The notes: generated from the letters alone by a model not told the origin. Counted from the first letter of the stretch, positions 10,424 through 20,874 are shown. The stretch is 64,000 nt of DNA from an uncultured Mycoplasmatota bacterium (GCA_946497955.1 CAMMMH010000001.1:5147-69146), one strand, 5' to 3'. Numbers and translations are program-made.

Positions 10424-10596
10424 TTTTTATTTCTCCTTACCTTATTTTTGTTTTTTTTAGTTTTATCTTCATCAAAATCAATAACACCTTCCCATTCAAA
10501 AGGTTTAAGTCCTTTAACAGCTTCGCCGGCAGAAATTATTGGACGTTTTTGTTGAAAAAAGCCTTCAGGAAACTTTGTTATGTTTTTCTTTACCAT
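10420..10596 (-). CDS. small hypothetical protein (58 aa) translationally coupled to the racemase
   Basis: GGGAGG RBS 7-8 nt upstream of the ATG at 10596. Stop TGA overlaps the racemase ATG (ATGA). Below the ORF-track size cut-off; the + strand ORF 10414-10617 is probably the spurious one. Confidence 0.4.
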   Translation of the reverse strand: MVKKNITKFPEGFFQQKRPIISAGEAVKGLKPFEWEGVIDFDEDKTKKNKNKVRRNKK

Positions 10597-10692
10597 ATAA
10601 CATTACCTCCCATGTAAAATTTAATATAATTATATATTATCATTAATGTAACAAATATTCAATACGTTTTTTAGTTCTATTAACAAAATAAA

Positions 10693-11127
10693 TTATAAAT
10701 TTGTAATTGTATCTTTTGTTTTATTCTTAATATTTAAACTTATAACTAATTTTATTAATTTATCCAACATTTCATCACTTAAACGACCAATGACTTTATA
10801 ATCAATTTTATCTTTCTTAAAATAGAATAAATCATCTGCTCTAATATAACCACTTTTGTTGTTAACATTTCTACCTTTGATTTTGTTAGGTGTGATTTCT
10901 AAATTACTTTTAATTTTTAACTTTCTTTTCTTATGGTTTTCATTATGAAAACTACACATAATATTAGAAATAAAATCATATGAGTAACTCTCTATTATCC
11001 CTGCTTCGTCACTAACTACCACAAAAGAGTGTTTTGGAACAACAATACCATTATTATCTTTAAACTCTTTGACGACAATTATGTCTCCAACTCTACACAT
11101 AGATACCCTCCTTTCTTTAATATTCAC
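10693..11127 (-). CDS. PemK/MazF-fold protein (putative solitary endoribonuclease toxin-like)
   Basis: RVGDIIVV N-terminal motif and C-terminal RLSDEMLDKLIKLV resemble MazF/EndoA (KRGDV...LDDEMMDKVDEAL); no MazE-like gene upstream. Confidence 0.4.
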   Translation of the reverse strand: MNIKERRVSMCRVGDIIVVKEFKDNNGIVVPKHSFVVVSDEAGIIESYSYDFISNIMCSFHNENHKKRKLKIKSNLEITPNKIKGRNVNNKSGYIRADDLFYFKKDKIDYKVIGRLSDEMLDKLIKLVISLNIKNKTKDTITNL

Positions 11128-11195
11128 ACAAGAAGAAATACTTGTGTCTACTATATTATTAACGATATCTTTATTTTTGCTCTTTTAATTATTGC

Positions 11196-11226
11196 ACAAA
11201 AAAACTAGAGTTTTTTTACTCTAGTC
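11196..11226 (-). terminator. rho-independent terminator downstream of pheT
   Basis: actagagt/actctagt hairpin with a flanking T-run on the minus strand. Confidence 0.65.
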
Positions 11227-11237
11227 TCTTATCTTTA

Positions 11238-13604
11238 TTACTTATCTCTTAATTCTACATCTAATGTAGTAGTTACTTTCTTAATAATATTATCAAAGAC
11301 ATTCATTACTTCTTCATCTGTTAAAGTCCTATTACTATCCATAAATGTTAAGTTATAAGCGATAGATTTCTTATCATTATCAAGTTTTTCATAAACATCA
11401 AAGACATTTATTTCACTAAGTAGTCTGCCACCAGCTTTCTTAATAACTGCCTCTACTTCACTTGATGACATAGACTTAGGTACAATGAAAGCAACATCTT
11501 TAACTATTGTTGGGTACTTAGAAGTTTCTTTATATTTTAATGGTTTAACTTTCGCCATTAAAGCATTTAAAGATAACTCACAAACATACACTTCATCTTT
11601 ACAAGTTTTAGGATGAACTCTACCCATAATACCAATTCTTTTACGGTCAAGAAGGATATCTGCAGATACTCCTGGATGTAAATCCTTAACACCACTCTTA
11701 ACAAAACTATAACGGTTTTTAAAGCCTAAGTAATCAAGAATACTTTCAACAATTCCTTTCATCAAGTAAAAATCTACTTTCATTGAACCTTTCCAAGGAT
11801 TAGTAACATAGTTACCTTTCATAAGAAATGCTATCTTAGACTCTTCATTATATGATTTATCATAAGTTTTAGCAATCTCGTAGATATTTATATCTTCTAC
11901 CTTACGAGCTTTATTATAGTTATAAGTATTTAATAAAGATGGTATTAAACTTGTTCTAATAACACTCTTATCGATACTCATAGGATTAGGTAAAGTAATT
12001 CTCTCTTTTTCTTCATAATCAAAGCTAGCAGCCATAGATGGTGATACTAAAGTATAAGTCTTAACTTCATTAAGTCCTAAACTTCTAAGTCTTTTAGAAA
12101 TAGCTTTACGATATTTAACATCACCTACATACTCTCCTCTTTTTAATTCTATCTTAGGAAGAGTTCCTTTGATATTTTGATAACCATAAAGTCTACCTAT
12201 CTCTTCTGCTATATCATTAACATTAGATTCAATATCAAGTCTTCTACTAGGAATAGTTACACTAAACTTACCATCTTTAATAGTATAAGGGAAGTCTAAT
12301 CTTTCAAGTTCATGTTTCATAATATCTTCATCTATTTTAATTCCTAGCATTTTATCTACATCTATGGGATAGAACTCTACTACTTTAGGAGTTTTATCTA
12401 TTTTATCGTGTTTAACAGTACCAGATAAAATAGTAGCATTAGCATATTTTTCTAGTAAATGGCAGGCTCTATCAAGAGCATAATTAGTATATTCATAACT
12501 AAGTCCTTTACCATATCTTATACTAGCTTCACTTCTAAGGTCTAAGTGAGATGCCGTATATCTAATACTAACAGGGTCAAAGATAGCTGCTTCTATCAAG
12601 ATATTTTTAGTAGTAGGCTCAACTTCTGTATTAGCACCTCCCATAACACCAGCGATACAAACAGGTTTTTCTCCATCAGTAATAATGATATCACTATTTC
12701 TTAGAACTCTTTCTTTATCATCTAAAGTAGTAATCTCTTCTCCTTCTTTTGCATCTCTAACTAGTATTTTATCACCTAAAGTATCTTTATCAAAGAAATG
12801 AAGTGGTTGACCAAATTCTAACATAACATAATTAGATATATCTACAACATTATTTATTGGTCTCATACCAACAGAAAGTAATCTTCTTTTAATAAAGTCA
12901 GGTGACTCTTTAATTTCTACATTAGTAACCATTTTCGCTAAGTAATAAGGACACTTAGTAGTTTCTACTTCAAGTTTAAAATGATTATTAATATTATCTT
13001 TATCTTCGCTATAAGATAAATCTGGTAGTGTTACTTTTCTATTTAATATTGCAGAGATTTCATAAGCAAAACCGATATGATAGTAACAATCATTATTACG
13101 ATGTTTATGGATATCTAACTCATATAATGTATCTTCAAGTCCTAAATAAACAAGAGGGTCTTTTCCTACAGGAGCGTTGCCTTTTAACTCTTCAATACCT
13201 TTAGCATAGGTCTCATCATTTTTCTCTTCAAGACCAAGTTCATATAAAGCACAAATCATACCATTAGACTCTACTCCTCTAATCTTACTGGCTTTAATAG
13301 CAAAGTCACCTGGAAGCACTGCTCCTGGTAAGGCTACTATTACTTTAAGTCCTTCACGAACATTAGGAGCCCCACAGACTATTTGTTGTAGTTCGTCTTT
13401 TCCTACATCAACCATACATAAATGTAAATGGTCACTATTAGGATGGTCTACACAAGATTTAACTTCTCCAATAACTAGATTATCTATCTTATTAGTAATA
13501 ACTTTCTCAACATTAATACCAGCTTCTGTAATCTTAACTGCTAACTTTTCTAAATCTTGGTCAGATATATCTATATAATCTTTTACCCACTCTAAATTAA
13601 TCAT
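11238..13604 (-). CDS. pheT: phenylalanine--tRNA ligase beta subunit
   Basis: 788 aa, tRNA-binding N-domain, B3/B4 and FDX-ACB C-domain arrangement; overlaps pheS. Confidence 0.9.
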   Translation of the reverse strand: MINLEWVKDYIDISDQDLEKLAVKITEAGINVEKVITNKIDNLVIGEVKSCVDHPNSDHLHLCMVDVGKDELQQIVCGAPNVREGLKVIVALPGAVLPGDFAIKASKIRGVESNGMICALYELGLEEKNDETYAKGIEELKGNAPVGKDPLVYLGLEDTLYELDIHKHRNNDCYYHIGFAYEISAILNRKVTLPDLSYSEDKDNINNHFKLEVETTKCPYYLAKMVTNVEIKESPDFIKRRLLSVGMRPINNVVDISNYVMLEFGQPLHFFDKDTLGDKILVRDAKEGEEITTLDDKERVLRNSDIIITDGEKPVCIAGVMGGANTEVEPTTKNILIEAAIFDPVSIRYTASHLDLRSEASIRYGKGLSYEYTNYALDRACHLLEKYANATILSGTVKHDKIDKTPKVVEFYPIDVDKMLGIKIDEDIMKHELERLDFPYTIKDGKFSVTIPSRRLDIESNVNDIAEEIGRLYGYQNIKGTLPKIELKRGEYVGDVKYRKAISKRLRSLGLNEVKTYTLVSPSMAASFDYEEKERITLPNPMSIDKSVIRTSLIPSLLNTYNYNKARKVEDINIYEIAKTYDKSYNEESKIAFLMKGNYVTNPWKGSMKVDFYLMKGIVESILDYLGFKNRYSFVKSGVKDLHPGVSADILLDRKRIGIMGRVHPKTCKDEVYVCELSLNALMAKVKPLKYKETSKYPTIVKDVAFIVPKSMSSSEVEAVIKKAGGRLLSEINVFDVYEKLDNDKKSIAYNLTFMDSNRTLTDEEVMNVFDNIIKKVTTTLDVELRDK

Positions 13605-14646
13605 TGTTATCTAACTCCCCTCTATCAAAATTATTAACTTCTCTTAAATCAGTATTATAGAAAACTCTTATATCATTAATACCATACTTAAGCATTGCAA
13701 CACGTTCTGCTCCAAAACCAAAAGCAAAACCTGACCAAACACTAGGATCAAAGCCTCCCATTCTAAGAACATTTGGATGAACCATACCTGCTCCTACAAT
13801 GGTAATCCAACCTGTATGTTTACAAATATTACAACCCTTTCCTTTACAATTAAAACAACTAATATCTGCTTCAACAGAAGGCTCTGTAAATGGATAATAA
13901 CTTGGTCTTAATCTAACTTCAACATCTTCCCCAAATAACTTCTTAAAGACAACTTCAAAAGTACCTTTTAAGTCTGATAGAGAAATATCTTTATCAACAA
14001 GTAATCCTTCTATTTGCATAAATTGATGAGAGTGAGTAGCATCATCATCATCTCTTCTATAAGTCTTACCAGGACAAATAACTCGAACAGGCTTCTTACC
14101 TTCTGCTTTTAACATAGTTCTAACTTGAACAGGTGATGTTTGACTTCTAAGTAGTATCTCTTCTCCTTCAATATAAAATGTATCTTGAGCATCTCTTGCA
14201 GGATGTCCTTTAGGTATATTTAACATTTCAAAGTTATATTTATCTTCTTCAACCTCTGGTCCATCAACAACATCATAACCCATAGACATAAAGATTTCTT
14301 CTACTTCTTCTATTAATTTCTCTAATATATTAGGAGAACCTATACTCACTTTTGTACTAGGTAAACTTATATCAATAGATTCACTTTCTAGTTTTTTATT
14401 TAATTCATCAGTCTCAAACTTATCTTTTAGAGCATTATATTTTTCATTAAAGTAAGTTCTTAAAGAGTTAACACTCATACCAAACTCTTTTTTCTTATCA
14501 TTAGAAACATCTTTAATCTTACTATTAAGTTCTGTAATAATACCTTTCTTACTTAAATATTTAATGTGTAGTTCATTAAGACTCTTTAAGTCTTTAACAC
14601 TACTTAAATCTTTTTCAATTTCTTTTTTAATATCTTCTATATTCAT
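13597..14646 (-). CDS. pheS: phenylalanine--tRNA ligase alpha subunit
   Basis: Class II aaRS motifs (FRPSYYPFTEPS, GFAFGFGAERVAML). Confidence 0.9.
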   Translation of the reverse strand: MNIEDIKKEIEKDLSSVKDLKSLNELHIKYLSKKGIITELNSKIKDVSNDKKKEFGMSVNSLRTYFNEKYNALKDKFETDELNKKLESESIDISLPSTKVSIGSPNILEKLIEEVEEIFMSMGYDVVDGPEVEEDKYNFEMLNIPKGHPARDAQDTFYIEGEEILLRSQTSPVQVRTMLKAEGKKPVRVICPGKTYRRDDDDATHSHQFMQIEGLLVDKDISLSDLKGTFEVVFKKLFGEDVEVRLRPSYYPFTEPSVEADISCFNCKGKGCNICKHTGWITIVGAGMVHPNVLRMGGFDPSVWSGFAFGFGAERVAMLKYGINDIRVFYNTDLREVNNFDRGELDNND

Positions 14647-15271
14647 CTTCTAACATCTCCTTTATCTTAACTAATCTTTTTACATGAGGAACATTTACAT
14701 CTTCTTTAGGACTATAGTAAATTGTTCTAAGCCCAGCATTCTTAGCTCCTAATATATCTTTATCATAATTATCTCCTACCATAACACATTTATAAGGCTT
14801 GTAAGGCCCACAAGCATAAAGAAAGCCTTCTTTACTTGGTTTCATATATTCTTCTGCTCCTATAATTTCTTTAAAGTATGAATCTAATCCTACTTTTTTA
14901 ACTCTTCCTACTTGAGTATTAGTAAAGGCATTTGAATATATTACATTCTCTATTCCTTTATTATTTAAATAATCAAGAACTTCTACCACCCCAGGATGAA
15001 TGGCTTCATTAACATTTATCATGTAATTAGACCATTTTCCTATTAAATCTGGACTTATATTAACCCCTGTAGTTACACTAAGAAAATGGCTTAACATTTT
15101 TCTATCATATTTAGGATATCTTCTTTCATAAGCCATTAGTAAATCAAACCACTTACTAATAAATTTTGTATAATCTTCTTCACTTAAGTTTGCCCTAAAT
15201 AGTTCTTCTTCTTTTGAAAAATCTCCATCTAGAATTGTTCCATCCAAGTCCCAAATAAATCGTTTAACCAT
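14627..15271 (-). CDS. HAD-superfamily hydrolase, first gene of the pheST operon
   Basis: WDLDGTILDG (DxDGT) motif; AAGGAGG RBS. Confidence 0.7.
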   Translation of the reverse strand: MVKRFIWDLDGTILDGDFSKEEELFRANLSEEDYTKFISKWFDLLMAYERRYPKYDRKMLSHFLSVTTGVNISPDLIGKWSNYMINVNEAIHPGVVEVLDYLNNKGIENVIYSNAFTNTQVGRVKKVGLDSYFKEIIGAEEYMKPSKEGFLYACGPYKPYKCVMVGDNYDKDILGAKNAGLRTIYYSPKEDVNVPHVKRLVKIKEMLEDEYRRY

Positions 15272-15299
15272 AACTCCTCCTTAAAAATAAAAAATAACT

Positions 15300-15500
15300 A
15301 TAACTTAAGGGAGTCTACAAGAAGTATACTCTGTACCACCTTAATTTATAGTTATTGTAACTAACTCATTATCTTAACGCGATCTTAACGCCTATAATTT
15401 TGTTATAGGAACTCCTAAGATGAATTCATAAACTATTCTTATCTATTTCCACCAACCATAGACTCTCTTTAAAGACATCGTTTACTACTACTTCTTAATC
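15300..15500 (-). promoter_or_regulatory. putative T-box leader (tRNA-sensing riboswitch) upstream of HAD-pheS-pheT
   Basis: Minus-strand AAATTAAGGTGGTACAGAG (15348-15330) matches the T-box consensus AATTAGGGTGGTACCGCG. An AGAGAG stem-I element and a TTC-containing loop lie upstream. A weak hairpin and T-rich tract follow before the RBS. Confidence 0.45.
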
Positions 15501-15557
15501 ATAGTCATTTCATGAATTACTATATCATATTTAAAAGTTAATTGTAAATAGAAAATA

Positions 15558-16127
15558 TTACTTTTTATTGAGTAAATACTTCTTTTCTAACTCTAAAACT
15601 TTATCTCTTCTTTCTTCCATTTCTATTAAATAGTTATAGTTATAATCTCCTTCTAAATAATTAGTTAAATTTCTTACCATTAAATTATTCATATAATCAT
15701 CATAATTATCAGTATAAACTTCAGCATTATATAATTGTTCTATTAAAATCTTTAAATCACTAAGACTTCTTGTATCATTAGTAATATCTAATCCTTCTAA
15801 AACTCTCTTATAATTATCAAAAGCAACTTTACCACTATCTAGTCCTAATAAAATCATCTTTCTAAGTTCTCTTTTTCTAGGTATAAAGACACCTAAAGTA
15901 CTCCTTACATATAAAGAACCTTTAATAGTAAAACTATTCCACTCTTTTAAATTATTTATACTATCATAAATATCTACACCTATTTGTTTTAATAATAAGT
16001 TATAACTATTCATAGAAAGATTGCCATTTGTACTTATCTCTTTATCAATAAGTTCCTTTCTATCTTTCATTATTTCTAAAGGATAATTAATTTTTTCTTT
16101 CATCAACAAATTCCCTCTTTCTAACAA
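15558..16127 (-). CDS. hypothetical protein
   Basis: 189-aa ORF, no recognised motif. Confidence 0.4.
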   Translation of the reverse strand: MLERGNLLMKEKINYPLEIMKDRKELIDKEISTNGNLSMNSYNLLLKQIGVDIYDSINNLKEWNSFTIKGSLYVRSTLGVFIPRKRELRKMILLGLDSGKVAFDNYKRVLEGLDITNDTRSLSDLKILIEQLYNAEVYTDNYDDYMNNLMVRNLTNYLEGDYNYNYLIEMEERRDKVLELEKKYLLNKK

Positions 16128-16188
16128 AACATATTATATACTAAAATCAACCTAAAGTAAATAAAATTAAAAGTAGTGCTAAACACTA

Positions 16189-16734
16189 CTATACAGTCAT
16201 TAATTCTTTTTCTTTATCTTTATAGATATTATCTATATCTTTATTATAGTCATTAACAAGGTCCTGAACATCCTTTATCATACCTTTTTCTTCATCTTCT
16301 GGAAGTTCCATCTTCTCTATCTTTTCATTAGCTTCATGTCTAATATTTCTAATAGATACTTTAGCTTCCTCAGCCATGGCTTTAACTTGTTTAGTAAGTT
16401 CTTTACGTCGCTCTTCTGTTAAGGCAGGTATAACTATTCTAATAGTCTCTCCATCATTAGATGGATTATAACCTAGATTTGCGGCGATAATAGCTTTCTC
16501 TATATTACCTAAACAACCTCTATCAAAAGGTTTAATAAGTAATTGAGTTGCCTCTGGTACTGAGATAGTTGCAAGACTCTTTAATGGAGTCATAGAACCA
16601 TAATAATCAACAACAACACCATCTAAACTAGAAGGATTAGCTCGTCCTGCTCTAACTGTTGTAAATCGTTTTTCTAAGTTAGCAAGAGCTCCTTTCATTT
16701 TAGTTTCTACATCATTTATAAATTCACTATTCAT
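16189..16734 (-). CDS. frr: ribosome recycling factor
   Basis: Full-length RRF-like sequence (VRAGRANPSLLD..., C-terminal coiled coil). Confidence 0.9.
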   Translation of the reverse strand: MNSEFINDVETKMKGALANLEKRFTTVRAGRANPSSLDGVVVDYYGSMTPLKSLATISVPEATQLLIKPFDRGCLGNIEKAIIAANLGYNPSNDGETIRIVIPALTEERRKELTKQVKAMAEEAKVSIRNIRHEANEKIEKMELPEDEEKGMIKDVQDLVNDYNKDIDNIYKDKEKELMTV

Positions 16735-16785
16735 ATAAATATCTCTCCTTACTTAAATTTTACTATAAATATTACAAAATATCAA

Positions 16786-17787
16786 TTATATTAAATTACT
16801 TCTTTTATAAGTACTTACTTTAGAATCTAAATATATATCAACAGTTCCTTTATTAACCATCTTAATAAAGCCTAACCCATTAATACATATATCTTCATCA
16901 TAACCCATTTCATATGTTCTTTTCTGTAAGTCTTTTAAATCTTCATGCTTACTAGATATTCTTCTAATCTTTAAATCATTAGACATATAGAAAGTAAAAC
17001 TATTCCTTTCTCCTTCTACATAATCAATTCTAAAAAAGTTATCTACTATTACACTTTGTCCTTTTCTTAACTGAAAAGTCTTAGGTTTAATCTCTTTTCT
17101 AGGACTTATCTTCTTAAATTCTTCATCACTAATATAATTAACTATACTACTACTATCTACAAGTCCTGGTGTATCTATTAGTGTTAAATACTCATTTATC
17201 TCTATTTCAACTGTATTTAAGGTAGTAGAAGGAAGTGGTGATATCGTAAGTTCTCTATCACTAGTAGAATAGTTTCTTAACAATTTATTTATCAAAGTAC
17301 TCTTTCCGGCATTAGTATGTCCTACTACATAGACATTATTAGTAGTCTGATATAGTTTTATCTGCTTTAATAAATAATCTATATTATAGTTTTTCTCACT
17401 ACTTATAACTACTACTTTATCAAAGATATCATTATCTTTAAAATAATCTATTAGTTTATCATCATTAACTGATTTAGGTAGCACATCTCTTTTATTTAAG
17501 ACTAATATCATCTTATTAGGAATAATCTCTCTAATCTTATTGATATCTTCTTCTATATTAAGTAAATCTGCAATATATAAAACTAAATCTTTAGTCTCTC
17601 CTACACTTTTAAGTATCTCTATATACTCATCATTACTCTTAGTAACTATTTGATACTCTCCATAGTTTTTAATTCTAAAACATCTTTGACAATAATCTTT
17701 ATCTAAACTAGTAGTATAACCTTCCCCTAAGATATTCTCATCTTGAAGTTTAACTCCACATCCAAGACAATACTTCTCACTATTCAT
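16786..17787 (-). CDS. yqeH: ribosome biogenesis GTPase YqeH
   Basis: N-terminal CxxC...CxxC zinc finger, circularly permuted GTPase with GHTNAGKSTLIN. Confidence 0.8.
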   Translation of the reverse strand: MNSEKYCLGCGVKLQDENILGEGYTTSLDKDYCQRCFRIKNYGEYQIVTKSNDEYIEILKSVGETKDLVLYIADLLNIEEDINKIREIIPNKMILVLNKRDVLPKSVNDDKLIDYFKDNDIFDKVVVISSEKNYNIDYLLKQIKLYQTTNNVYVVGHTNAGKSTLINKLLRNYSTSDRELTISPLPSTTLNTVEIEINEYLTLIDTPGLVDSSSIVNYISDEEFKKISPRKEIKPKTFQLRKGQSVIVDNFFRIDYVEGERNSFTFYMSNDLKIRRISSKHEDLKDLQKRTYEMGYDEDICINGLGFIKMVNKGTVDIYLDSKVSTYKRSNLI

Positions 17788-18328
17788 AATACTTTCCTTT
17801 CTTGAAAAGATTATTCTTACTATATTTATTCATAATCTTCTCTTCTAAATATCTATTAATATTAGTAATCTTTAAATCTTTAACTGCTAAAGGGTCTACA
17901 AATATCTTAGTAATATGACCTTTATAACCATAACCCATATCTGTCATAAATTGGTCCCCTATGATAGCGATAAATTTAGACTCTAAATTATATTTAGATT
18001 TAATTTTCTTAAGTGTCCTAATAGTAGGTTTTAAAGCAAAGGGATAGTAATCTACTCCTAAGTCTTTACCAAAGATAGATACCCTTTTTTTAGGACTATT
18101 AGAAACTATAATTACTAAAAAGTCTTTCTTTAATTTAGTAATCAACTCTTTAACTTTATCTTCTACTTTAGTAGAATCTATTAATGCTAGAGTATTATCT
18201 AAATCAAAGATTAAACATTTAATATCTTTTTTCTTTAACTTATCATAATTAATATCAAAGATATTTTTCTTATAAATATCTGGTAAATATTTCATAGTCT
18301 TACTCCTCATATATTTAGTATATACCAA
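17780..18328 (-). CDS. yqeG: YqeG-type HAD phosphatase
   Basis: LIFDLDNTL motif; conserved yqeG-yqeH neighbourhood. Confidence 0.75.
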   Translation of the reverse strand: MVYTKYMRSKTMKYLPDIYKKNIFDINYDKLKKKDIKCLIFDLDNTLALIDSTKVEDKVKELITKLKKDFLVIIVSNSPKKRVSIFGKDLGVDYYPFALKPTIRTLKKIKSKYNLESKFIAIIGDQFMTDMGYGYKGHITKIFVDPLAVKDLKITNINRYLEEKIMNKYSKNNLFKKGKYYE

Positions 18329-18342
18329 AATTACATTTAATG

Positions 18343-19788
18343 CTAGTTATTTAGTCTCTGTCTTACAGGCATAGTATTAATATTTATTGATTCAAAGCTA
18401 TAACCATTAGTTAAAGAGTAGTCTATTATCTTACTTAGAGCATCTCTTGTATAAGTCTTAGTATCATGCATTAGAATAACATTATACTTATCATGAGATA
18501 AGCTATTAATAACACTATTGTATAGTTTAGTAGGATTAGTTGCAAAAGAAGCATCTCCACTATCTATATTCCAATCATAGTATTGATAACCTTTATTTAA
18601 GATATCATTAACTAAAGTAGTCATTATTCCTTCTTTATATTTTTTAGAAATAGTATTACTAGAACCACCTGGGAATCTAATTAATTTAGTATCAACTCCT
18701 GTTATATTATAGATTCTATCTCTAACTTGCTCTAAATCATTAAAGTAATTATCAACTGATGCATAGATAAGGTCATATCTATGACTTGCAGTATGTATAC
18801 CAATAGAATGTCCTTCATCTACAATTCTCTTAATCAAAGAATCGCTTCCATTCATAGTAACAAAGAATGTCGCTTTAACCCCCTTTTCTTTTAAGATATC
18901 TAAAATTACATCAGTAGTTCCATCTCTTGGACCATCATCAAATGTAAGATAGATAGTATTAGTTTTTAATGGTTCTCTTACTTTAACATTTCTTACTATT
19001 TTACTTTTATTATTACTACTATCACTAACTTCATAGGTTACTCTATAATCACCTACTTTAGTATTATCTATATCATTAGTTATTTTAATATTAGAAGTTA
19101 AATCACTATCACAGTTATCACTAATAGTTACATTATCTTCTATATAAGGCTCATTTAAGTTTAAAAAGATATTATCATCTCCATTTAAGGTAATAATAGG
19201 TTTCTCTACATCCTTTGCAATTATTTTTCTTTCTACTTCTCTTTTATTACCACTACTATCTTCAACCGTATAAATAATCTTATCTTTTAATCTCTCTACT
19301 TTAACTTTATCAGTAATATCTTTATCTACATTATCATAAGCTTTAAAGCCTAGTTCTTTATATTCACCATTAGGACAGTAATATGCTCTTTTGTTACCAT
19401 TTAATTTAATCTTAGGTTTTTCTATATCTTTAACAACTACTTCTTTAGGTATATGATAAGTAAAAATATTATCTTTATAAGTATAATTTATATTATATTC
19501 TCTATCTTTTTTAGTATTAATATCATCAAGAGGCTTTATAATCGTTTTATTTCCAAATAAATCACTTATTGTTATTCCTTTATCAGTATAATAAGAATTA
19601 ATATTAACTATTTCTTTTAAAGGAGCATTCAACGATACTTTAGGGACAAATAAAAAGAAAACACCAAAAAGAACAAGTACTAAAGTAACACTAATATTAA
19701 TAAAATATTCACTCTTTGATACTCTTCTTTTCTTTATTTTCTTACTTTTCATAATCTCAGCTCCTAATATTAGTATAACACAATACAC
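18343..19788 (-). CDS. membrane-anchored polysaccharide deacetylase (NodB homology domain) with N-terminal repeat domains
   Basis: N-terminal TM, two Ig-like repeats, C-terminal TFDDGP and HTASH NodB motifs. Confidence 0.7.
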   Translation of the reverse strand: MYCVILILGAEIMKSKKIKKRRVSKSEYFINISVTLVLVLFGVFFLFVPKVSLNAPLKEIVNINSYYTDKGITISDLFGNKTIIKPLDDINTKKDREYNINYTYKDNIFTYHIPKEVVVKDIEKPKIKLNGNKRAYYCPNGEYKELGFKAYDNVDKDITDKVKVERLKDKIIYTVEDSSGNKREVERKIIAKDVEKPIITLNGDDNIFLNLNEPYIEDNVTISDNCDSDLTSNIKITNDIDNTKVGDYRVTYEVSDSSNNKSKIVRNVKVREPLKTNTIYLTFDDGPRDGTTDVILDILKEKGVKATFFVTMNGSDSLIKRIVDEGHSIGIHTASHRYDLIYASVDNYFNDLEQVRDRIYNITGVDTKLIRFPGGSSNTISKKYKEGIMTTLVNDILNKGYQYYDWNIDSGDASFATNPTKLYNSVINSLSHDKYNVILMHDTKTYTRDALSKIIDYSLTNGYSFESININTMPVRQRLNN

Positions 19789-19796
19789 TAATATTT

Positions 19797-20507
19797 TTAG
19801 CTGAAATCTACATCATTATACTTATTATTCTTAATAAACTCTCTAAGTATCTTAGTTAAAGCTCTTTTTTCAATTCGAGATACATAACTTCTAGAGATAT
19901 TTAATTTATCGGCAATTTGTTTTTGCGTCCATAAATCATTTCCTTCTAAACCATACCTTCTAACAATAATCTCTCGTTCTCTTTTACTTAAAACTTTTAA
20001 ATAAGAGTTAAGTAGTTTAACATTATCTTTTAAATTAATCTCTTCGATAAAGTCAGGCCTTGGGGCTTTTATAACATCAAGTATTGATATCTCATTACCT
20101 TCTTTATCAAAACCAACGGGTTCATTTAAGGAAATATTTTTATTATTTTTGTTATTAGCTCGAAAGTACATTAGTATCTCATTTTGAATACATTTAGCAC
20201 AGTATGTAGTTAACCGATTACCTTTATTAGGAACAAAGGTATCTACCCCTTTAATAAGGCCAATCGTACCAACACTAATAAGGTCATCTTGGTCAACATT
20301 TTTATAATCAAACTTCTTAACAATATGAGCGACTAATCTGAGATTATGTTCTATTAAACTATTACGAGCTTCCTTATCTCCTTCACCCATCCTTTTAATA
20401 CATTCTTCTTCCTCTTCTTTTGATAGTGGTTCTTTAAACACTTGATTAGAATAACTTGCTGTAAAAGTAAAGAAACCTCTTAGACTATCAAATAAATTAA
20501 ACAACAT
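19797..20507 (-). CDS. sigK: sporulation sigma factor SigK (pro-sigma-K, uninterrupted)
   Basis: LIEHNLRLVAHIVKKF, DKEGNEIS and ISRSYVSRIEKRAL are near-identical to Bacillus/Clostridium SigK; N-terminal pro-sequence present. Confidence 0.8.
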   Translation of the reverse strand: MLFNLFDSLRGFFTFTASYSNQVFKEPLSKEEEEECIKRMGEGDKEARNSLIEHNLRLVAHIVKKFDYKNVDQDDLISVGTIGLIKGVDTFVPNKGNRLTTYCAKCIQNEILMYFRANNKNNKNISLNEPVGFDKEGNEISILDVIKAPRPDFIEEINLKDNVKLLNSYLKVLSKREREIIVRRYGLEGNDLWTQKQIADKLNISRSYVSRIEKRALTKILREFIKNNKYNDVDFS

Positions 20508-20689
20508 AAATTATCACCTAATAAATAATATGTCAAAAAAAAGGAGTTAGAATATCTAAGTCCTTTATTACCATAAATTACCAATTAAAATTATCTCTTG
20601 TCCTATTGTTATATAGATTACAGTATGATACTATATATGTAGGAACATTTGATATGAGTGTCGTACCTCCAGAAAGGAGGTAGAAGAAA

Positions 20690-20782
20690 ATGAAGTTAAA
20701 AACATTTATTATAAAAACATTAAAAAAACTTTCAATTCTTCTAATTAGTCTTGCTTTACTAATACTTGCCATTAAAATATAA
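20690..20782 (+). CDS. putative 30-aa membrane peptide (MKLKTFIIKTLKKLSILLISLALLILAIKI)
   Basis: Strong GAAAGGAGG RBS 7 nt upstream. Followed by a hairpin at 20790-20820 and a terminator at 20835-20874. AT-rich DNA readily produces such ORFs, so confidence is low. Confidence 0.3.
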   Translation: MKLKTFIIKTLKKLSILLISLALLILAIKI

Positions 20783-20834
20783 ATAGCGACACTCTAATCA
20801 ACATTTGAGAAGAGTGTCAAGTTCAAAACTTATG

Positions 20835-20874
20835 GAGGAGACATTCGCTCGGAAATCAAATGTTCCTCTTTTTT
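20835..20874 (+). terminator. rho-independent terminator
   Basis: gaggagacatt...aatgttcctc hairpin followed by TTTTTT. Confidence 0.55.

Noticed and set aside
10414-10617. + strand 67-aa ORF upstream of the racemase
   Set aside because: The opposite (minus) strand carries an RBS-preceded 58-aa ORF translationally coupled to the racemase; the + ORF has no RBS and F/I-rich composition
19797-20507. Possibility of a skin-type intervening element in sigK
   Set aside because: The sigK ORF is continuous from pro-sequence to region 4 with no interruption
20578-20772. Minus-strand 64-aa ORF in the sigK upstream region
   Set aside because: No RBS and junk-like composition; the + strand small peptide ORF with a strong RBS and terminator is the better explanation for this interval
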